Assembly: GCA_951406725.2 (NCBI GenBank)
Contig: OX597816.1
Coordinates: forward strand, 24,366,001-24,430,000
Source of the DNA: Octopus vulgaris
Taxonomy: Eukaryota
Direction of reading: 5' to 3'
DNA length: 64,000 nucleotides
Shown: piece after piece, positions 27,463-42,581 of the stretch
Layout of the letters: every line of letters starts with the position of its first letter
How positions within the stretch are numbered: position 1 is the stretch's first letter
Notes under the pieces: generated by a model
Seen by the model: the letters and a program-made list of their open reading frames with translations, nothing else
Database searches by the model: none
Told to the model about the DNA's origin: nothing
Made by a program: the position numbers and the translations under genes

Positions 27463-28210
27463 ATTTCTTTATTGCCCATAAGGGGGTAAACATAGAGGGG
27501 ACAAACAAGGACAGACAAAGGGATTAAGTCGATTACATCGACCCCAGTGCGTAACTGGTACTTAATTTATCGACCCCGAAAGGATGAAAGGCAAAGTCGA
27601 AGACTTCCTACTTAGCTAAGTAACCTACGTAGAACACTATCCCTTTCATTTAGATTACTTATCTTAGAAGGTAGAACTATAATATTTATAAACTTTCCAA
27701 CTTCGTCAACTCATATACTATAAGAAAACTCTTGTCTGCTTGCATTCTAAATAATTCACATTAATTTAGAATATAATTGGTTTCAAATTTAGGCACAAGG
27801 CCAGCAATTTCGTGGAAGAGAGTAAGTCCATTACATCGATCCCAGTGCTCAACTGGTACTTATTTTATCGACCCCGAAAGGGTGAAAAGCAAAGCCAACC
27901 TCGACAGAGTTTGAGCTCAGAATGTAAAGACAGATAAAATGTTGCTATGCATTGTATCGGCGTGCAAACAATCCAACCAGCTTGCTGCCTTAATAATAAT
28001 AACGTTCCTTTCTACTATAGAAATTTGATGGGGGTGGGCTAGTCGATTACATCGACAAGGGTTCTCAAATGGTGGTTTTTTTTTATTGACTCAGGAAAGA
28101 TAAAAGGCAAGTCAACCTCAGCGGAATTTGAACTCAGAGCGTAAAGACGGACGAAATGCTGCTAAGCATTTTGCCCGGCATACTCACGATTCTGCTAGCT
28201 TGCCGCCTTT
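27463..28210 (-). mobile_element. Three SINE family M copies or fragments (27463-27600, 27778-27990, 28005-28210)
   Basis: Consensus match on the minus strand. Confidence 0.75.
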
Positions 28211-29399
28211 AATTCGTTTTTATTATGTTAAACTATCGTATGTCCAAATTTGGCCAAATGCGGGGTTTTTTTTTTTTTTTTTTTTTTTTTTTTCAATATT
28301 TAATTTGCTTGGTCAAACTGTCGTATCTCTAGCTGCTTCAGACGCCAAGATATGAAAATTGTCAAAGTGTAGTACAACGGTTCAGCATTTTTCAAAAGTG
28401 TAGTAAGTCCCACATACAACAGTTTTGCAAAAATATATCTGACTGAAAATATCATACATGCATGGAGTTACGCTTTTATGCATCCAACAAAGTATTATCA
28501 AATAGAAATATTACATTTCTAAATATCTCAGAGAGATATAAGCAGTAGTGGTGCGATAGAGTAGTTGTATAGAGTAGTAGTTGTATACTGTCAACTTAAT
28601 GTGACAGTCCCATGAAGGGAATTATACTACTGCTATTTAGCCCCAGGAAGCATCAACGCTTCCTGTCGGCCTTGACACATTTCCTGTGTCCTTATGTTTT
28701 ATTATTGTTAAGCTGAAACTGTTGCTAATGTAAAAAGAAATAAAATGGTGAAACTATTCTTTCGTTTTCTGAAAAAGCAACGTTTTGGACTTACGACACT
28801 TTTGCATAATAACAACGAATTGGAATATAATTAAAAAATAAAATCAAAGAACACTCTTCTACTTGCGTTCGAAAACAAAATAATGTATTTATTCAATTAA
28901 AGAAACCGCCACCATCACAGTCATTGCCGGAAAATAAAGGGGAAAACCATGATTTACTTTCCGTCTATTACCTTGTAAATGTGGCCACACTTAAGATTCT
29001 AGCTGTGAGTGTTCACAGACCGTGGCTCATTGTAGTCTTCCATTTATGTAACAGTTCAAAAATGGCGTTTACGAAGAGAAAAGACGAAAAGATGAATGAT
29101 CACATTTTACGGCACTTTAACAAGGCGAAATGTTTGAGAGTTGCGATTTTAATGATTAGTTGCACTTGGTTATTCTCTGATTTCGTAGAACACTCTTGGA
29201 TATTGGTTTGAAATTTTTTGCACGAAGCCAGAAATTTCGAGGAAGGGGTAAGTCGGTTATATCGACCCCCAGTTCTCAGCTGGTACTTATTTTATCGACC
29301 TTGTGGGAGATTAAAAGCAAAGCCGACTTCGGCGGAATTTGAACTCGGAACGTCTAAGCTACACCAGGCGAAAACGTGTGTGTGTGTGTGTGTTCTTTT

Positions 29400-29580
29400 C
29401 TTTTATTTGCTTCAGTCATTTGACTACGGCCATGCTGGAGTACCGTCTTTAGTCGAACAAATCGACCCTAGTACTTATTCTATCGGCCTCTTTTGCCGAA
29501 CTGCTAAGTTACGGGGACGTAAACACACCAACATCAGTTGTCAAGCGATGGTGGGGGACAAACACAGACACACAAACATT

Positions 29581-29666
<86 letters not shown>

Positions 29667-29805
29667 ACTGGCTTCTTTCAGTTTCCGTCTACTAAATCCG
29701 CTCACAAGACTTTGGTCGGCCCGAGGCTATAGTAGAAAACACTTGCCCAAGGTGCCACGCAGTGGGACTGAACCCGGAACCATGTGGCTCGTAAGCAAGC
29801 TACTT
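29400..29805 (-). mobile_element. SINE family C (preceded by a family M fragment at 29205-29352)
   Basis: Consensus match. Confidence 0.8.
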
Positions 29806-30308
29806 TATTTCATTAAACTTGTCATGGAGACAGTACAAATATAAGGATGGAAGAAGACAGAAAGTGCCCGCCGACCCTCTGCTTCTTATCATACAGCTTC
29901 TTACCACACACAAGCTACTTTCCACCCAGCCACTCCTGCGCCTAAACATTTTGCCCGGCGTGCTAACGATTATGCACGCTCTTCGCCTTATATTCTCTTG
30001 GATATTACCATGCAATTCTTCAAGCGAAACTTGAAATACCATATTATATCTTTCTTGTACGGTATTAATCATGCGTGTACGTGTGCGGTTACGTATGCGC
30101 GTATTTGTGTTGCGTGCACAATGCACTACTTAGGACAATTCCAAGTGTAAGGCATACTTATATAAGCGTATCCTTTTAACTTCGCTAGAACAGCAAGCAA
30201 AGTGGTCACCGAAAAATTAGATCGTTTTGATCTGTTTTTAATTGTGCTTGGCGTTCATGAGAGAGACAGAAAGAATAAACATGAAGAGAACAGAAATTTA
30301 TAGTATTA

Positions 30309-30706
30309 CTAGCAGTATCGCCCGGCGTTTTTCGGGTTTGTAAGGGAAATAACTATATAAGCATTTTTAGAGAGTTATAGCCTAAAAATAGCAAAAAAAT
30401 GCATTAAAAATGGAAAAAAAATGATGGTAAATTTTTTTTTAAATCGTTGACTCATCGTAGACATTTTTAGAGAGTTACTTCCCTTATATAATAGCGAAAA
30501 AATGCATTAAAATAGAAAAAAATGATGGTAATTTTTTTTTTAAATCGTAGACTCATCGTAGACGCGCGCTAATACCCAGAAGGGTTCGATATGAATCACG
30601 ACTATAAGATACCCGGTTTTGGTTAAACTGCACCGCAAAATGTGGGAGTAGTTAGGAATCTAAATCATAGGAGACAGACACACAACTTCACTTTTATATA
30701 TAAAGA
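30309..30706 (-). mobile_element. Non-autonomous Helitron
   Basis: Minus strand starts A|TC-TTTATATATAAAAG, ends with a GC-rich subterminal hairpin (CCCG...CGCCGGG) and CTAG|T; no TSD; internal ~100-bp tandem duplication. Confidence 0.8.
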
Positions 30707-30751
30707 TATAAAGAAACTCAGACTATGTTAAAATAAATTATACCCCAGAAC

Positions 30752-30854
<103 letters not shown>

Positions 30855-31159
30855 TACACACACACACACACACACGTTTTCGCCTGGTGTAGCTTAGACG
30901 ATGGTCATTCTTTTACATTTATATAATTCTAAAGAAAGAAATTCAATACAAATATTCATTAGAAATTTTTGAAACAGAAGAAATATTCTTTGAACTATTT
31001 TCAGAAACGGATTCTAAATCAATATTGGGGTGAAAATAAAACTACAGAAATGCAGATTTTAACAAGAATTAAAGAATATAAAACTTTTATTCCGTTAGGT
31101 GATCAGAATATAATGAATAAAATGCAAAACATCTTAACTGCCAACATTCAGATATATCT

Positions 31160-31375
31160 CTTTTACTCTTTTACTTGTTTCAGTCATTTGATTGTAGCCA
31201 TGCTGGAGCACCACCTTTAGTCGAGCAAATCGACCCCAGGACTTATTCTTTGTAAGCCTAGTAATTATTCTATCGGTCTCTTTTGCCGAACAGCTAAGTT
31301 ACGGGGACGTAAACACACCAGCATCGGTTGTCAAGCGATGTTGGGGGGACAAGCACAGACATACAAACACGCAAG

Positions 31376-31421
<46 letters not shown>

Positions 31422-31423
31422 AA

Positions 31424-31479
<56 letters not shown>

Positions 31480-31608
31480 TATATACGACGGGCTTCTTTC
31501 AGTTTCCGTCTACCAAATTCACTCACAAGGCTTTGGTCAGCCCAAGGCTATAGTAGAAGACGCTTGCCCAAGGTGCCACGCAACCTACTTACCACACAGC
31601 CACTCCTG
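31160..31608 (-). mobile_element. SINE family C with expanded internal (CA)n
   Basis: Consensus match. Confidence 0.85.
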
Positions 31609-31689
31609 CTGCTACTACCTATACTACAACAGCTGCTGCTGGTTCTACTACTACTACTACTACTACTACTACAACTGCTGCTGCTGCTG

Positions 31690-31731
<42 letters not shown>

Positions 31732-32104
31732 TACGTTGTGAGTTTGAATGCCGCCGAGGTCAACTTTGCCTTTCATGTTTTGGGAATCGCTAAAATACTG
31801 TATATAACATTGGCAGTTTAGGAATGGAGAGAAAGAAAAAACATTTCTGGTGGTTACGTACAGAGTAATAGTCGTTTCCAGGAGAATTCTATCTCCCGAA
31901 AATTACTTAAAGTATCCAATAGTTTCAACTAATTTAATAGACATCAGCCGTATTGCCGTTTAAGGCTATAGCCAACGTTTGATGGTGATTCTAAGTTGCA
32001 CTTGAAATGAATTCATCTCTTAACAAGTTCTGAATACCGTTCCTGCTAAAAAGACAAGTAATATAACGTTGCGACGATACCTAACCAGAGCGCCATCTAT
32101 TAGG

Positions 32105-32415
32105 CATTTCTACTAAAGGCACGGGACTTGAAATTTTAGAAGGAAGGGGCTAGGCGATTATATTGACCCCAGTGTACAACTGATAGTCATTTTATCGATC
32201 TCCGAAAGGATGACAGGTAAAGTCGACTTCGTCGGAATTTAAACTCAGAACGTAAAGACGGACGAAATACCGCTAAGCATTTTTGCCCGGCGCGCTAATG
32301 ATTCTTTATCACTCTAGGCACAAGGCCCGAAATTTTGGGGGAGGGGACCAGTCGATTAAATCGATCCCCGTACGCAACTGGTACTTAATTTATCGACCCC
32401 GAAAGGATGAAAGGC
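32105..32415 (-). mobile_element. Two SINE family M copies
   Basis: Consensus match. Confidence 0.75.
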
Positions 32416-32436
32416 ATTAATCATTATGTATGTATG

Positions 32437-32497
<61 letters not shown>

Positions 32498-32502
<5 letters not shown>

Positions 32503-32685
32503 ATCCAAACATGAACAAAGAGAAAACACAACAATGCGAGGACGTGGAACAAGTATAGTGTTATTGGACGCTCAGGAAATGAAAGAAAGAAGGAGGATTT
32601 AACGTTCCGAGTGGGGCTCTTCGTCAGAAACATAGATAAAGGAAAGGTCCAAGGAAGGGAAGACGGAGAAAGAAAATCGCCAATA
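32498..32685 (-). mobile_element. PLE-terminus-like repeat family P2 with mutated hammerhead (32597-32631)
   Basis: Reverse complement of 47300-47490; GAAA changed to GGAA. Confidence 0.7.
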
Positions 32686-32696
32686 ATACACATGCA

Positions 32697-32743
<47 letters not shown>

Positions 32744-32749
32744 ATATAT

Positions 32750-32815
<66 letters not shown>

Positions 32816-33777
32816 TTGTTTTGTCTTTTGTGAAAAAAGTAATGGAATAAGTACTAGGCTTAAAACAGAAGTACCTGGGTCGATTCATTCAAATCTATTT
32901 AAAGCTACCCCCAGCATGGCCGCAGTCTAATGACTGAAACACTTAAAAGATAAAAGACACACACACACACACACACACAACAGGTTTCCAGTTTTCGTCA
33001 ATTAAATTCACTCACTGCTCGGTCCAGGGCTGTCGTAGAAAGTAGTTTTACAGCCTACGGTACTGCGCAGTGAGACTGAACCCAAAACCACGTATTTACA
33101 AAGCGAGCTTCTTAACCACATAAAATACCAATTTTTACCTCCACTATCCATACTTCATTATAACGTTGCTGTCGAATAATATTCTTCAAATAATTTAAAT
33201 ACAAAACATAACTATGAAAGATTTAGTATAGAATTATGTATAAAGCTTGGTATGGCGTTTATAGCAGACGTTCAGTTTTGATTATTTATTAGAAATCATC
33301 GTGGCGCACAGAAAAATATAAACAAACCTTTCTTCAATAAATGACAATGAAAAGAAAATAATTTCTTTCCGTTTTGTTTTGTTTTATCATTCATATTTTC
33401 TCATATGAATTATATTTTTAATTTACAATTTTTGCGCCAGATGTTTTCAACCGACATTCAAAACGAACTTTGATAAACGACATTTGCATTTTCGTTTCCA
33501 CATTAAATATTTATAAGAAACAAAAAGATGTAATATTTAAATAATTCGATAATAGAAGAGCAACTAAAAGAAGAAGAAGAAGAATATTAAATTCATACAT
33601 AATAGATGTATTTATCAAACAAACAAAAATATAATGTTAACTATCGATCTTTCACCAAAAATATATATTCCATCATATAAACGTTTTGTTTTGATACATT
33701 CTTTCACAAAAGACAAAACAAATAACTACAATATATATATATATATGTGTATATATATATATGTATGTATGTATGTA

Positions 33778-33898
<121 letters not shown>

Positions 33899-34294
33899 AT
33901 GTATGTATGTATGTATATAAATATATATATATATATGCAAATACAATCATTAATCTTTAATATAATTACGAATTCAACGTTCATATGACATCATGTGAAT
34001 TCCCATGATTTACCTATTTCAAAAACAAAATTAATCTGTTATTAAAATTCAAGAAATAAATTAACTGAGAAGATATTGAAAATGTATTTCATTAAATTGG
34101 GTTTGTTTTATTGTTTTTGTTTTATTGTTTTTGTCTTTGTTTTTTGTTGTAATTTTTACTTCCTTCTGTTTTTCTTTCTATTGTGATTTCATTTGTTGAG
34201 AGAAAATGTTTGGTTTTACAAATTAAATCCGTACTTTAAGAAGAAAACGCCATATACAATATGTGTGTTTGTGTGTGTGTATGTATAAATATGT

Positions 34295-34345
<51 letters not shown>

Positions 34346-34382
34346 TACATTTATGTATAAATATGTATATATACAGGCATAC

Positions 34383-34434
<52 letters not shown>

Positions 34435-34659
34435 CATATATATATGTATATAAAACATTACATATGTACATACATGCATATACATATATATACATGTGTA
34501 CATAAATATGTGTGTGTATGGATATGTATATATATATATATATGCATATATGTATATATATTTATATACACATACAAACATATATACATGCATACATACA
34601 TATATACATATATACATGCATACATACATATATACATATATACATACATACATTCATAC

Positions 34660-34724
<65 letters not shown>

Positions 34725-35344
34725 TACAAAGACAAGCACGCATATTTGTATATGAGGGAACTATTCAATACTAAAAGGCGAACAAAGTACAACCATCCCT
34801 GAACAAAATAAAAGAAAGCAAGTGGAAGGCAAACAGGTGTTGTTATGATATAATTAATATCGTCTATTGATTAATTTTTAAATTAGTTATAAAGGAAGTA
34901 TTACATAAACTAGCATTAAGTCGAAGAATGTACATGTGACAAAAGCCTAATATGAAGAATCCCAGCCTACTTCTTTCGAAAACCGATAAGTTAGCACCAC
35001 GTGCATGTAAAACAGTGAAAATCAAAACAATGGTGTACATATTGATTCTTAATACGTCAGACATCAGCACGAATAAGCGAATTATGTATTTGTTGAATTC
35101 TATAAACAGGAAGCATTATTCTTCTTTTTAAATTCATTAATCCAGTGGCGGCTTTCACTGAAGGGACAAAACTAAATCAAAACACAGGTGTCTCAAAGTC
35201 CCTTTACGTCAATAAATCGAATGTGGTGTCAACAGATATTGTCTGAAAGGGAAAGGTGCTCTCAGAAGGCGAACTACAAAATGTGATTTACATATTCATG
35301 CTCAAATCTGGTGAAATGTATTAAGAATGAATATATAAGAGCGA

Positions 35345-35490
35345 CTATGTGGTAACTTGTTTACCAACCACATGGTTCCAGGTTCAGTCCCACTGCATGG
35401 TACCTTGGGCAAGTGCCTTCTACTATAGCCTCAGGCAGACCAAAGCCTTGTGAGTGGATTTGGTAGACGGAAACTGAAAGAAGCCCGTCG

Positions 35491-35550
<60 letters not shown>

Positions 35551-35760
35551 TGTCTGTTACTGTGTTTGTTTGTCTCCCCACCATCGCTTGACAACCGATG
35601 TTGGTGTGTTTACGTCCCCGTAACCTAGCGGTTCCACAAAAGAGACCGATATAATAAGTACTAAGGCTTACAAAGAATAAGTCCCGGGGTCGATTTGTTC
35701 GACTAAAATGCGGTGCTCCAGCATGGCCGCAGTCAAATCACTGAAACAAATAAAAGAACA
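35345..35760 (+). mobile_element. SINE family C
   Basis: Consensus match. Confidence 0.85.
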
Positions 35761-36469
35761 AAAGAATATATACGCTATCGTTTTGATTTTCGCTGTTTTT
35801 GCGTGCACACGATGATTATCTATAAATAATGTTTCCTGCAAATATAAAAAAGACACGACGTTATTAAACTACAGTTTCAATCTTACGACAACTTCTTCAG
35901 AAATAACACAAGCATTACTTGAGTACGTATTTGTATTTACTAAGCTGTAACTTTGTTACTTATTTGTACGTATGTGATGCATATGCACGCACTGTGTATG
36001 TTTTCTAATGCTTATTCATGAGTGATAACATGGTAATACAGAAAAACACCGAGGATTCAATGCTGTTGTTTGGCGTATATTTGTGTATTAAACTGTATAA
36101 TAGATTATTTATGCTTCCATTATTGCACAATTTCTCCGTTATGAATAATTCAAACAATATGCGGCACACTATCTTAATTCATAACGGTGAAACTGTGCAG
36201 TAACTGAAGCATGGCTAACATTATATATTTTAAAATGCAAGCATGCGTGCGTGAATACATACATATACACACATAAACACATAAATACACACACAAATAC
36301 ACACACACATACAGCCATCCGCAACAGCAAATTACTTTACCAAGATCTATGACGATAAAAAGCGACAATGATAACGACAGCGGAAGATTTTATGTTAACG
36401 ACAACGAGATCAAGATAATAACGATGTTATCGATGATGATGATGACGATGATGATGATGATGACGATGA

Positions 36470-36503
<34 letters not shown>

Positions 36504-36509
36504 AACGAC

Positions 36510-36555
<46 letters not shown>

Positions 36556-36657
36556 GTTATGATGATGATGGGGATGATGATGATGGTGATGATGATGTCG
36601 GAAGGTCAAACGGAAACATTGAGGTATAATATATACTTATATTCATATGCACTATAT

Positions 36658-36721
<64 letters not shown>

Positions 36722-36730
36722 AGGGAAATT

Positions 36731-36800
<70 letters not shown>

Positions 36801-37376
36801 CATACTTATATAAATTGTTATTAATCCAAACAAGTGGAAACATAGAAGAAATGAAGCCGAAAATGTACAGAACGTATATTAGAAATAATTAGAATTTAAT
36901 TATATTTCAAAATATAGGAATACACTTTACTGGATTCACATTAGATCCTCAAAAGTGTATAATATATGGAGATGTGCCACGAATTATGTCTATTCTGGTT
37001 GTTGTTATAAAAAGTAGCTCCTATATAAAGTAGTAATGTGGTTCAGGTCGCTATCCGTTAACGTACAAATTGATTGGTCAACGTTCATGTATTAAGCATA
37101 TATAGCGGTCACGTGAGAAGGTCACATAAAAGCTTTTCTCCACTGAATATGTCATATGACAGTTAGAAAAGAGAGATATGAATAAAGGATATAATAAGTG
37201 TATATATAAAAGGGTTATAGATAACTATTGCCTTTACTCTGTCGAAGAATAGCGTTATCAATTTGAGCTAATTTCTTACCATTGAATAATGCTAGGTAAT
37301 ATATATGGTTAAATATATGTGTGTGTGTTTATATACGTACATAAAACTAAAATATATTATATGATTACAATATAAC

Positions 37377-37429
<53 letters not shown>

Positions 37430-37434
<5 letters not shown>

Positions 37435-38040
37435 TACTTGGAGAAGAGAAATAGAGAAATAACGCGTGCGTTCGGTCATATAATAATATAATAAATAAAT
37501 AAAATATATGCATTAAGTAAAATTCTTTTGCAGAGGGGTAAAACAAGTGACAAGAACGGGACGTAAAAGCAATACAAATGAAGAAAAAACAGTAGAAAAA
37601 ACAGTACAAATAAAGAAACAGGACAGGGAAGGGCTACTAAAGCCGATTTTTCACATGCGTTCTAACTAATTTTTCCACCGTCTAGGCCTAAAAAAAGCCC
37701 TTATTGTTGGTTCCCTGTCCTGTTTCTTTTACGTCCTGTTCTTGTCACTTGTTTTACCCCTCTGCAAAAGAATTTTACTTAATTCCTTTTGCAGGAAGGA
37801 TTGTTTCGGGCTGGCCGTGTTCTGCCCTTACCTTCGAAACACGCATTGAGTCGAACCAGGGGCAGCTGATGAAGGGGAATTTTCCTTGTATTGTTTGTCC
37901 TGTACTCTGTTTTTTCGTTGTTTAAAAAAAGTCCGGTTCCTTGTTTTTTCGATGTTAAAAAAGTCCGTTTCCTTTGATTTTATGTTTGGTTTCTCGTTGT
38001 GTTCTACGTTTATTTGTGGTGTCCTGTACTCATATTTATA
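37430..38040. mobile_element. PLE-terminus-like repeat family P3 with inverted partial duplication, bounded by (TA)n
   Basis: 37513-37566 is the reverse complement of ~37728-37782; 37790-38035 is homologous to 62050-62280(-). Confidence 0.55.
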
Positions 38041-38817
38041 TATATATATATGCATGTATATATACATGTAGATGTAAGTATGTACATAAATGTATGTATA
38101 TATGCATATATTTTATTTATTTATTATATTATATATATACATATATATATATATATATACATATGTATGTGTGTATGTATGTATGTGTGTATGTATGTAT
38201 GTATGTATGTATGTATGTTTTTATTTCTCTTTCCATTTCAGAAATACAACAATTAGTGGTTTGGACTTTAGCTGCTCTTTCTAGTGAGTCAGATGTCCTA
38301 TTATGGCCATCCCTTATATGTTTGAATGTATATTACATAGTCTATTGACTATTTTTTCTTTCTCACTTGACGGCTAGTAGCGGAGAATTTCTCTTGAATT
38401 TTTTGCTACCCTAAAATTTATTAATTAAGGATTTTTTGGCTAATTTTGAAATTAAATCGGCAGTTTATATTTACTGCTGAGAAAACCGCGCGAGTGTGGT
38501 GGATTTTGAACAGTTATAGCATATAGACTCGAGGCATGGTTATTATCACCTCGTGACTATATGGTAGTCCTTGGCTTTCTGCTGAAGAGGCAACGCCAGT
38601 TGTAAATAAATTATTTTATTTACAAAAGATTGCCGAAACTATGCATAGTCCAGAAAGGAGAGGGTAAACGTTTTTATTTCTCTTTCCATTTCAGAATTAC
38701 AACTATTAGTGGTTTGGAGTTTAGCTGCTCTTTCTAGTGAGTCAGATGTCCTATTATGGCCATCCCTTATATGTTTGAAAGTATATATATATATATATAT
38801 ATACACACACTTACGAG

Positions 38818-39012
38818 TATATATATAGTTGAAATTTACGGAAGAACAAAAGACGAAGTCACGTGTATAAACAACAAGCAGGTGTGTTAGTTTGACGCTT
38901 GGGAACGTAAGAATGTCTTTTACGTTTCGAGCCTACGCTCTTCAACAGAAAGGAACACGATGAAATAAACAGAGAGAGAGAATAAAAAATCTTGTGGATT
39001 TAGCGATCAATC
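38818..39012 (-). mobile_element. Family P1 copy with hammerhead motif (38916-38953)
   Basis: Minus strand CCTTT-CTGTTGA-A-GAGC(GTAG)GCTC-GAAA-CG-TA-AAAGA. Confidence 0.7.
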
Positions 39013-39276
39013 ATATATCACATGGAATAATGCGGGTAAGAAAAATAATATTCTTAAGATTATAAACCTGGACAATTACATGAAAAGTTATTACACTTGG
39101 AAAAGTTTAGAACAACTTATTATATGTGGTAAAGTACGGGAACAAGAAAATTTTTACTTAAAATATTGTAGCTAAGGATAAAATTTGAATATTAAAACTT
39201 ATTTGATTTTAATCTACAAAGTAACATTATAATTTTTTTAAAAAGTACCATCATTTTGTTAAAATGGAGGAAGGAA

Positions 39277-39588
39277 GGAGCACTCCGTCGGTTACGACGA
39301 CGAGGGTCCCAGCTGATACGATCAACGGAACAGCTTGCTCGTGAAATTAATGTGCAAGTGGCTAAGCACTCCACAGACACATGTACTCTTAACGTACTTC
39401 TCAGGGAGATTCAACGTGACAAGGCTGGCCCTTTGAAATACAAGTACAACTAATTTTTGCCAGCTGAGCGGACTGGAGCAACGTGAAATAAAGTGTCTTG
39501 TTCAAGGACACAACGCATCGCTGGAAATTGAACTCACGACGTTACGGTCGTGAACCGAATGTCCTAACCACTAAGCTATGCGCCTTCA
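39277..39588 (-). mobile_element. SINE family R (H1+T1)
   Basis: Reverse complement of 3250-3572. Confidence 0.8.
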
Positions 39589-39782
39589 CTGCTTGTTAAA
39601 ATATCAACACACGAGAATACTTTAAAAATGACAGCCAGAAGTACCAATAAGCGAAAGTTTTATGGAAAGCAGAATAGTATATATGGTAATGATTGATTGA
39701 TTGATTCTAGTTTCAGCTTATGAGCTGTGGCCATGCTGGGGCACCGCCTAAATTTATTATGTAAAAAATAGGCTTTGGGTCA

Positions 39783-39990
39783 GCCCTGGGAACAGTGAGT
39801 AAAAATCTTGAGAAGTACGTGGGACAAATAGGGGCTGCAATAAGGGTGGAGCACTTGCAGAAAACAGCACTGATTGGAACCGCTCGAATACTCCGGATGG
39901 TGCTCGAAAAATAAGGAGTGTTACCTTAGTTCGCCGATAGTGACAGCTGTCACCGTTGTACATCTCTAGGATATGAAGACTTGGCAATAA
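39783..39990 (+). mobile_element. R4/Dong-like LINE 3' fragment
   Basis: Reads ALGTVSKNLEKYVGQIGAAIRVEHLQKTALIGTARILRMVLEK*, homologous to the C-terminus of the 54527-56077 ORF. Confidence 0.7.
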
Positions 39991-40293
39991 CTTAGGCAAT
40001 AACGCAAGCAAATGTTAGCGTGAATTTTTTGTTATAGGTAGATTTTACTGTAATAACTGATGTTTGTATTATTTTATTCATTGTACTAATTATGTACTAC
40101 TATTAATTTTATAGCTTGTTTTCAAATTTCTAATAATTAATTATTAATTAAAGAAATGATTTTTTAAGTACAAAAAATTTTTGAGTTATTTTAAATTTTT
40201 ATAGAAGTAACAAGTAATAACAAATAAAATAACTTGTAATATATTTTTTTAGTTTTAATAAAAGCTAATATTTTCTAAATCTAAATATTTTAT

Positions 40294-40812
40294 TTGAGCA
40301 GTTCCAAGTTGAATGTTGCTGAAGATTTCAAGTACTTAGGTGGTTGGGTGAGCAATTCGGAAGGAGACACCAAGATCAGGAAGGCACAAGCATGGACAAC
40401 CTGTCACAAACTAAAGAAGGTCTGGAGCTCCAAATTACCCAGGCAAATCAAAGTGAAGCTGTTCATTGCAACCCTCGAATCAGTGCTATTACACGGCAGT
40501 GAGAAATAGACACTGACAAAGGAATTATCAAACAGGCTAAATGGATGCTACACAAGGCTGCTACGAACGGCTCTAAATGTGAAATTGTAACAATATATAA
40601 CAAATAGAGACCTGCCGAAAGTTAGTGAGATCAGGCAAAGACGGCTGCGACTATCTGGTCACTGCGTGCGCCACCCTGAACTGGAAGCATCCAAATTAGT
40701 CTCGTGGAATCCACTTCATTGTGATGTAAGAAGAGGAAGACACTCTTGATTGCTGACATTAGCCTAGAATGTGACGGGTGGACTTTGTAGTTGAGAGCCG
40801 GGTTGAAACCTT
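40294..40812 (+). pseudogene. RTE-clade LINE 3' fragment
   Basis: EDFKYLG...IRKAQAW...LKKVW...IKVKLFIATLESVLLHGSE*TLT...LNGCYTRLLR, followed by (TAA)n. Confidence 0.75.
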
Positions 40813-40838
40813 GTAATAATAATAATAATAATAATAAT

Positions 40839-40905
<67 letters not shown>

Positions 40906-40929
40906 GCAACAACAACAACAACAATAATA

Positions 40930-41143
40930 ATCCTTTCTATTATAAGCACAAGGGTTGAAGTTTTGGGGGAGGAGTAGTCGATTACATTGACCCCATAATT
41001 TCACTGGTACTCAATTTATCGACCCTGAAAAGATGAAAGGCAAAGTCGATCTCGGCAGAATTTAAACCCAGAACATAGAGACAAGCGAGATACCGCTAAG
41101 CATTTCGTCCAGCGTGCTAACGATTCTGCCATCTCGCTGCCTT
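40930..41143 (-). mobile_element. SINE family M between (AAT)n tracts
   Basis: Consensus match. Confidence 0.85.
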
Positions 41144-41147
41144 AAAC

Positions 41148-41190
<43 letters not shown>

Positions 41191-41194
<4 letters not shown>

Positions 41195-41677
41195 GCTCTG
41201 ATGCAGTACCAGGCAGTGGCTCTTATGGCTGCTGATCTTAACTGATTGGAAGTGTTATCATGTACATTGTTTTGTCCTGGTATAAAAGATGGGCTACAGC
41301 AAATATTCTGCTCAATACCACAGATTTGCTTGTCAGTTGTTTGACCTTAACCAGTTGAGCATGTCCCTTAGTGGCTGGTGATATGTGCATCTCTGATCAC
41401 GAGCAGAAGTAGAGGTTTGGATAATTCACCTTTGGAAACATGGGCGCTTTGTTCAACATCCTTAAACAACCCTTTTTCAGAGACCTTTTGAACGGAATGG
41501 GTTACTCGACCAGAAGAAAATTCTGTTTATCTTGATATGAGATCACCATGTCGCGCACATATGGTTGTGATACATGTGCCTAGTGTACCCTTATCATACG
41601 GGTAGTCATGATGGGTATACTGAGTTTCGTATATTCTACCCCAGTATCACTTTGATGGCATACACTGCTTCCTCACT
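41191..41677 (+). mobile_element. ~540-bp (TAA)n-inserted element, copy 2 (internal deletions)
   Basis: Same termini AAATGC.CTGATGCAGTACC / CACTGCT..CTCACT as copies 1 and 3. Confidence 0.85.
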
Positions 41678-41700
41678 AAATGATGATGATGATGATGATG

Positions 41701-41827
<127 letters not shown>

Positions 41828-42137
41828 ATACAGGAATTTATATTCAGTTCTCAGAATGCAAAAACGCAAAGAAAAACAGTCACGGAAATAGGAACCAAAA
41901 ACAAAAACAACTATAGTTATGATAATAAAGCAAACAATATGAAAGGAAATATAACAACAAAAAAAGCTGAAAAATTCAATAATAATGTGATTAATTATAA
42001 GTTCAAGAAACAGCTTTTTTTATTTTGAGGTGGCTGTGACGAAGTCGTCGTCGTTGTTTGCACCGCCGCCGTTGTCGTCAACGTTGTCGTCGTCGTCGTC
42101 ATCACCACTACAACCACCGCCAAAAAACATCATCGTT

Positions 42138-42172
<35 letters not shown>

Positions 42173-42392
42173 TGTCGTCGTATTTGTCTTCTTTTTCTTC
42201 TTTTTTCATTATCATCATCATCATCGTCATCGTTGTCGTTGTCATCCTCATCATCGTTGTTGTCGTCGTCGTTTTCTTCTTCTTCTTCTTCTTCTTTATA
42301 TTGTTTTAATCTCTTGGTAATCTTTTCCTAATCCTAGGTTAGATGGGTAGATCTCTTTCCCTTCCATAATTGGAACCAAAATATAGATAAAG

Positions 42393-42443
<51 letters not shown>

Positions 42444-42518
42444 ACAATAATAACAATAACAATAATAATAACAATAATAATAATAATAATAATAATAATA
42501 AGTAGAAGAAGAAGAAGA

Positions 42519-42581
<63 letters not shown>

